Source of the DNA: an uncultured Gammaproteobacteria bacterium
Lineage (GTDB): Bacteria; Patescibacteriota; Microgenomatia; UBA1406; HO2-37-13b
NCBI GenBank assembly: GCA_964422025.1
Contig: CAYQYZ010000001.1
Span: forward strand, 184,200 to 248,199
Reading direction: 5' to 3'
DNA: 64,000 nt
The first letter of the stretch is position 1. Each line of letters begins with the position of its first letter. A model generated the notes under the pieces. It was not told where the DNA came from. It was given only the letters and a program-made list of their open reading frames with translations, and ran no database searches. A program made the translations under genes and the position numbers. Positions 57,877 through 64,000 of this stretch are shown here, in pieces.

Positions 57877-59652
57877 ATGTTTAAAACACTTCACTACGCT
57901 TGGGAAACGCTCAAAACTTCTTATGAGGCCAACGGAATATTTGCGCCACTTTCTATTTTTTCAAAAATATATGAAAATACACTCTTTCCTTTTTTCCAAA
58001 TCTTCCTTCTTTCTCAAATTCTCAATCTCCTCCAGCGTAACCAGCAGCTACAGTTTTCAGATCTAAGCACCTATGCACTGTGGTATGTTATGGCAGCTTT
58101 AACAAAGATACTCTTAGTTAGCTGGATAAATCAGTATCCGGTTGATATTCGATTTGAAGCTCACATTGACAAGCTAATCATTGGAAAATTAACAACTCTT
58201 GATCCTGCGACTTTTGAAAGCTCGCAATTCCAAGAACTGCTTACTCAAATCGAAACAACAAAAGGAACAATGTTAGCACAACTGGAAAGAATAACTGGTT
58301 CTATTGATGCAATTTCTAAAATCATAACCGCAACTCTTGTTCTTCTTCCTATATTCCCACTTTTTGTTCCTCTCATTCTAGTATCAGTAATTCCTTCATT
58401 TTATGTCGGAAATGAATTTCGCAAAAAGCTATGGCCTTACTACACGAGTAAGAAAAGTCCGCTTGATCGACTGACACAATATGTTAAAGATCTTCTTTCG
58501 CAAGACAGTACTTCTAAAGAAGCTACAATTTTTCACACCGGCCCTGTTTTACAGAATAAAGTTATATCAGCCCAGGATGCGTATAAAGTTGGGTATAACA
58601 AGATTAATAATCCATTTATTATAAAAATTTGGGCAAGTAACGTATTTCAACAGATCATTTTTTTATGGACCCAATATGTTAATTTACTGGCCGTATTAAA
58701 AGGAACCTTAGGAATTGGTCAATTTTCGCTAGCGTTTCAACAAACGCTCAGCTTAGCAACGGGCTCACAGCAAGTACTTGATATGTATTCGAGCATGACC
58801 ATGCGCACGCAAATAATTAGTAAATTTTATGAATTTCTCGACTACAAACCCGCAATTATGTCTCCATCCGAACCAATTCAATTACCAACTGCTCCCACAC
58901 CACCGAAAATAGAATTTAAAGATGTTACCTTTCGGTATCCTAAAACGAAACGCGATATTCTTAAGAATTTTAATATAACTATTGAACCCGGTGAAAAGAT
59001 CGCGCTCGTTGGAGAAAATGGCGCCGGTAAAACAACAATTATTAAACTTTTATTGCGCTTTTACGATGTAGCAGAAGGAGAGATTCTTATTAATGGAGTG
59101 AATATTAGCAAACTCTCCCTCGACGAGTGGCATAATCATTTCGGAGCGCTATTCCAAGATTTTATTAAGTATCAATTTACTTTTAAGGAGAATGTATATT
59201 TCGGCATGAGCGATGAGAAAAATAATGTTGAACTATTGCAAGCGGCTTTGACTAAGTCGGGTGCAAGTAGGTACATGGATCAATTGCCCAAGGGAATGGA
59301 TCAAGTTGTAGGAAAAATGTTTGATGGTGGAATTGATTTATCGGGTGGACAATGGCAAAAATTAGCTCTTGCACGAGCGTTTTTTAGAAATGCCCCCATT
59401 TTGATTCTCGATGAGCCTACAAGCGCAATCGATGCTAAAGCCGAATATGAGATTTTTGAAAATGTTCAGAAATTACAAAAAGATAAAACAGTCATTATTA
59501 TTTCTCACCGATTTTCAACCGTCCGCAATGCCGACAGAATTCTTGTTTTAGATGGAGGAAAAATTATTGAGCAGGGGAATCATGAAAAGTTAATGAAGGA
59601 AAAAGGAACGTACGTACAATTGTTCGAGATTCAGGCGAAAGGGTATAAGTAA
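57877..59652 (+). CDS. ABC exporter (fused TMD-NBD)
   Basis: GENGAGKT, LSGGQWQ, ILDEPT, SHR. Confidence 0.93.
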   Translation: MFKTLHYAWETLKTSYEANGIFAPLSIFSKIYENTLFPFFQIFLLSQILNLLQRNQQLQFSDLSTYALWYVMAALTKILLVSWINQYPVDIRFEAHIDKLIIGKLTTLDPATFESSQFQELLTQIETTKGTMLAQLERITGSIDAISKIITATLVLLPIFPLFVPLILVSVIPSFYVGNEFRKKLWPYYTSKKSPLDRLTQYVKDLLSQDSTSKEATIFHTGPVLQNKVISAQDAYKVGYNKINNPFIIKIWASNVFQQIIFLWTQYVNLLAVLKGTLGIGQFSLAFQQTLSLATGSQQVLDMYSSMTMRTQIISKFYEFLDYKPAIMSPSEPIQLPTAPTPPKIEFKDVTFRYPKTKRDILKNFNITIEPGEKIALVGENGAGKTTIIKLLLRFYDVAEGEILINGVNISKLSLDEWHNHFGALFQDFIKYQFTFKENVYFGMSDEKNNVELLQAALTKSGASRYMDQLPKGMDQVVGKMFDGGIDLSGGQWQKLALARAFFRNAPILILDEPTSAIDAKAEYEIFENVQKLQKDKTVIIISHRFSTVRNADRILVLDGGKIIEQGNHEKLMKEKGTYVQLFEIQAKGYK

Positions 59653-59663
59653 AATTCCGAACA

Positions 59664-60134
59664 CTATTCACTCTCATGCAGCTTCACTTCAAACGGAGCA
59701 CCTTTAAATCCGTTCTTAATATCGTCATTCAGTCGATCGCGAATCCAAAATGGATAGAGCGTTAATGATCGAATTCGATCTAGCGGAACCCATTGGGGAA
59801 TATATACTCCATTTCCCGCATTCATTTTCAATTGTTCAATCGAATCAGCATGCAGAGCAGGTTCGCCTGACACGTACGAACACAAATAGAATAACTGGGT
59901 ATTTCTTTCTGGACGCTGCTCAAAGTATGTAATTTTATAAAGAAGTTTGTTTAATTCAACGGCGATCAATGTTTCTTCTTCAAGCTCTCTGACAGCGGCT
60001 TGTTCGGGAGTTTCACCTTCTTCAACCCCACCTCCGGGAAATACATAATAATGCTGATCGCCCCTCTTTCGTTCCATCAGTAAAACAGAAGAATCTTTAA
60101 TCACAATTCCAGCAGCTCGAGTATCGGTACGCAT
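59664..60134 (-). CDS. NUDIX hydrolase
   Basis: PGGGVEEGETPEQAAVRELEEE. Confidence 0.9.
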   Translation of the reverse strand: MRTDTRAAGIVIKDSSVLLMERKRGDQHYYVFPGGGVEEGETPEQAAVRELEEETLIAVELNKLLYKITYFEQRPERNTQLFYLCSYVSGEPALHADSIEQLKMNAGNGVYIPQWVPLDRIRSLTLYPFWIRDRLNDDIKNGFKGAPFEVKLHESE

Positions 60135-60164
60135 AGAATAAGTATACCAGAGGTAATTTACATA

Positions 60165-60226
60165 TTGCTTTTTGAAAAGCATGTGATATACTTTACTCAA
60201 CTAAAGCAATTTAGTTAACTAAAGTA
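60165..60226 (+). promoter_or_regulatory. Promoter with tandem YerC/HisR-type operators
   Basis: TTGCTT..TGnTATACT overlapped by TACTTTA-N6-TAAAGCA (60189-60208) and CAATTTA-N6-TAAAGTA (60207-60226). Confidence 0.75.
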
Positions 60227-60555
60227 TGAAAAATAAAACCGATTGGAAAACGAAAGAAATTGACGCACTTTTTGAAGCCATTTTATTGCTTGAAAGCAAA
60301 ACCGAAGCTGCAAATTTTTTCCGCGATTTATTAACTGAGCCAGAACTTGCCGAATTTGCAAATCGCTGGAAAGTTGCACAATTACTCGCTAATAAAACTC
60401 CGTATTCAACTATTGAAAAGCAGACTGGAATGAGTTCCACCACCATTGCTCGTATTAGTAAATGGGTTAACAGCGGCACCGGTGGCTACAAAAAAGCTCT
60501 CTTAAAATCAAACCATCACCATCATAATCTCACCTCATTCGAGGAAGATTCTTGA
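60226..60555 (+). CDS. yerC: YerC/YecD (TrpR-like, HisR) regulator with a C-terminal His4 tract
   Basis: LFEAIL.L...FF.DL.T..E...RW.VA..Y..I..TG.S.TTI.R..GY; ends NHHHHNLTSFEEDS. Confidence 0.9.
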   Translation: MKNKTDWKTKEIDALFEAILLLESKTEAANFFRDLLTEPELAEFANRWKVAQLLANKTPYSTIEKQTGMSSTTIARISKWVNSGTGGYKKALLKSNHHHHNLTSFEEDS

Positions 60556-60610
60556 TGGCTTAATCATCTTTAAGACCTCATGAAACCTTCTCGAAAGAGA
60601 AGGTTTTTTT
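60514..60610 (+). promoter_or_regulatory. His attenuator: His codons, pause hairpin, antiterminator and terminator
   Basis: CAT CAC CAT CAT; hairpin at 60526-60550; terminator AAACCTTCTC-GAAA-GAGAAGGTTT-TTTT (60583-60610). Confidence 0.75.
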
Positions 60611-60626
60611 ATTAGTTCGTACATTT

Positions 60627-61001
60627 ATGAAACAAGTAATAATTTTTGATTTCTATAAAACAATTTTTGATCCAATTACTCTGAAACTGTATTGGGGCGT
60701 GCGTTTGTTGCTTAAAAAGTTAACTAGAAATTATGATCTAGTTTTAATTACGACTGGCGACAGAAAGAGAAAGGAACAAATCGAAAATCTAAATATTTCG
60801 ATATATTTTGATGAAATTATTGTTTGCGAGCGTAAGAGTGAGTCTGTTTACAACAAATACCCAAATCCCATCATAGTTGGAGATAGAGATGACGAGGAGA
60901 TTCATTTTGCTAAGCTCCTGGGGTTTAGATTTATAAAAATTGATGCCGAAATTACCAAACCATATAAATTGTTAAAAATTAGATTGAAAAAATACGTATG
61001 A
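60627..61001 (+). CDS. Small HAD-superfamily hydrolase
   Basis: IFDFYKT, ITT, K, VGDR..EI. Confidence 0.8.
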   Translation: MKQVIIFDFYKTIFDPITLKLYWGVRLLLKKLTRNYDLVLITTGDRKRKEQIENLNISIYFDEIIVCERKSESVYNKYPNPIIVGDRDDEEIHFAKLLGFRFIKIDAEITKPYKLLKIRLKKYV

Positions 61002-62101
61002 ATTCAGAAAATTTACCCATACTTGAACGGCGATATACTCAACAGACTCCCTACTATGAACAGCTGGCCTCATGGAGAGAAGGCATGAGATATCGGTATT
61101 CTCCTGATATGTACCTCATAACTCAAAACCAATTCGTAGCTCTAAATAGATGTGGTGCGCTAATGGGTGAAATGCTCGATAGATCCTTGGGGGAACAAAT
61201 TCTAGAATTCCGAGTTGACTTTGTATGCGGAAAAGACGATAGGTTGTATGCTACAGAAGTGCAAACAGACGATCGAGGTTTCCCAGCTATGCTCGCAACT
61301 AGGAATGCGACTGGAACACCACAACCAGAACTCCTTTCAGGCGTAGCGGCACCGTTAGTAGCTGCAATGGAGAGAACTGTGGGAAAGCCTAACTTTGATT
61401 TACTCATAACGTATGATGATTATGAGCAATTTTATTATTCTGGTTTTAGCGATGTTTCCAGAATTCTTTGGGATCAGAATCCACAAGCATCATTTTTAGT
61501 CGCACCAAGGAGTGCTATAGCAACAAATGAAAATTCAACAATCTTAACTGTTCCTAACGAAGGTGTTGTACTACAAATCAAGCCTGACTTGATATGGAAT
61601 TTCTCTTCAGATCCTCTACCTGGTAGAGTTATCCAACCTATGGTCAATAAACAAGTATTGTTGGATGCATGGCGATCTGAGGATCCTCTATATCGACAGC
61701 TGCGAGAATTTATTCCAGAAGCTCGTCCAATCGATTTTGAAGGAATGAAGGATGAGAAAAATGACTGGATTTTGAAACCATTAGATGGAAAGTGGAGTCG
61801 CGGTATTACAATCGGGCCACAAGTCTCTGAAGATAAATGGATAAAGGCATTAAGACGAGAAGAGGGATTAATAGCACAGCGTTATATTCCACCACGTACT
61901 GACTGGTTGACAGTTCGTAAGAAGAAAAGTACATACTCAACATATTCAGAGGAACCCCTATATTCTCGTGTTGAGGGATATTATTGCCGAACTCCGCAGG
62001 GCTGGAAATTAGTAGATGTTTTGGCTACATGTACTCCTGATATCCCTGTTCACGGCAAACGTGACTGTATCATGATTCCTGGAGTAATCGCTGATTCGTA
62101 G
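60998..62101 (+). CDS. Circularly permuted ATP-grasp ligase, substrate unknown
   Basis: FRVD..TEVQTD, NK, WILKP..W.RG..IG, IAQRYI, VHG.R. Confidence 0.72.
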   Translation: MNSENLPILERRYTQQTPYYEQLASWREGMRYRYSPDMYLITQNQFVALNRCGALMGEMLDRSLGEQILEFRVDFVCGKDDRLYATEVQTDDRGFPAMLATRNATGTPQPELLSGVAAPLVAAMERTVGKPNFDLLITYDDYEQFYYSGFSDVSRILWDQNPQASFLVAPRSAIATNENSTILTVPNEGVVLQIKPDLIWNFSSDPLPGRVIQPMVNKQVLLDAWRSEDPLYRQLREFIPEARPIDFEGMKDEKNDWILKPLDGKWSRGITIGPQVSEDKWIKALRREEGLIAQRYIPPRTDWLTVRKKKSTYSTYSEEPLYSRVEGYYCRTPQGWKLVDVLATCTPDIPVHGKRDCIMIPGVIADS

Positions 62102-62102
62102 G

Positions 62103-62708
62103 CTAGGACAGAGTGGGCTTCATAAGCAAGTTTATCTTTTTGCCCAGTCTGAATTTGATCAGCATAAAAACGATCAAATCGAATAAGAAAAGGTATAAAG
62201 GAAAGCCCCAGTATGCGAAGGTCCATGTTTTAAATGTGAGCATAGTTATGGACAGGCTAATAAGAGCTGATAAAAATTCAACCCAGTTTTCTGTTTCTGG
62301 AAACTTATATGATTTAATCAAAGTGGGGATTCCTGCCAATAAATCGGCAAAAATACTAAAAATAATTGCTGTATTAGCATCTTTTGATATGTACCATGCT
62401 ATTAGTCCTGAGACTGAAAGCGCACCACATACCATATCGAACCGTGTCAGCTTCCAATAAGCTTGTTTATTGATGAAAGAACTCAAAAAAACAAGCAAAG
62501 GTACAAGTCCCACAACAAAGGTTGCAAGTGCTTGAAGTCCGACTCCTTGACTCATTTGAGCAAAAGAGGCAATCATCACGGGAACTGCCCACAGTGCCCA
62601 ACTGATCCTATTTGGCTTTGCTTTACCAATAAGAGTGTCTTTAATGTAGCTGATTCCTCCTAAAAGATTGATGATTACTCCAAGATAGATAAAATTCTCA
62701 TTAATCAT
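62103..62708 (-). CDS. Polytopic membrane protein (PQ-loop-like internal repeat)
   Basis: About 7 TM segments; YI....G.AKP...W..W and IPT.IK...P..E motifs. Confidence 0.65.
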   Translation of the reverse strand: MINENFIYLGVIINLLGGISYIKDTLIGKAKPNRISWALWAVPVMIASFAQMSQGVGLQALATFVVGLVPLLVFLSSFINKQAYWKLTRFDMVCGALSVSGLIAWYISKDANTAIIFSIFADLLAGIPTLIKSYKFPETENWVEFLSALISLSITMLTFKTWTFAYWGFPLYLFLFDLIVFMLIKFRLGKKINLLMKPTLS

Positions 62709-62733
62709 GACTGCATGATAGCACATTTTACCC

Positions 62734-62762
62734 TTGCAATTCCAGCCTTGGACGTATATAAT
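62734..62762 (+). promoter_or_regulatory. rRNA promoter
   Basis: TTGCAA-17 nt-TATAAT about 175 nt upstream of the 16S gene. Confidence 0.7.
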
Positions 62763-62936
62763 TTACCTACTTCGAAACATTCGAGAGTTCGGTTACTGTT
62801 TCGCGCACGTTAACAATATGGATGTGGTGGAAAAACTAGTTTAGTTTTCTACAAAATACCAATGCCTATTCTACCGACACCGCAAGGTGAGGCCGGAATG
62901 GTATAGTATTATTTTTGAAAGTTTTTTATAAAAATT

Positions 62937-64000
<1,064 letters not shown>

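Overview
AT-rich window, most likely from a Patescibacteria/CPR bacterium of the Microgenomates group. This is inferred from a divergent 16S rRNA, a trigger factor with no FKBP domain, a short PheT, a monoderm-type IV pilus locus, many genes without a Shine-Dalgarno site, and genetic code 11. Layout: (1) 1 to ~8.7 kb, the edge of an integrated phage-satellite-like element (TOPRIM/P-loop primase, stand-alone CHC2 zinc finger, XRE regulator, small terminase, DUF4209/HEPN plus HNH pair) interleaved with cargo genes; (2) ~8.9-22 kb, accessory genes including nirK, phosphatases, two muramidase-like paralogues, tRNA-Leu and two large surface proteins; (3) 22-39 kb, core genes (tig, tRNA-Val, thrS-infC-rpmI-rplT-pheST, class A PBP, recG, rpmF-nusB-rnc, rpsP-khpA); (4) 39-57 kb, type IV pilus and protein-glycosylation cluster; (5) mreB, an ABC exporter, a YerC/HisR operon and the 5' part of the 16S rRNA. 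The most striking signal is two related, uncharacterised circularly permuted ATP-grasp ligases 56 kb apart, each behind an apparent ribosome-mediated amino-acid attenuator. One has an unannotated Cys-Cys-Cys leader peptide. The other has a His4 tract at the end of yerC plus HisR-type operators. All family assignments come from motif recognition by eye; no database searches were run.
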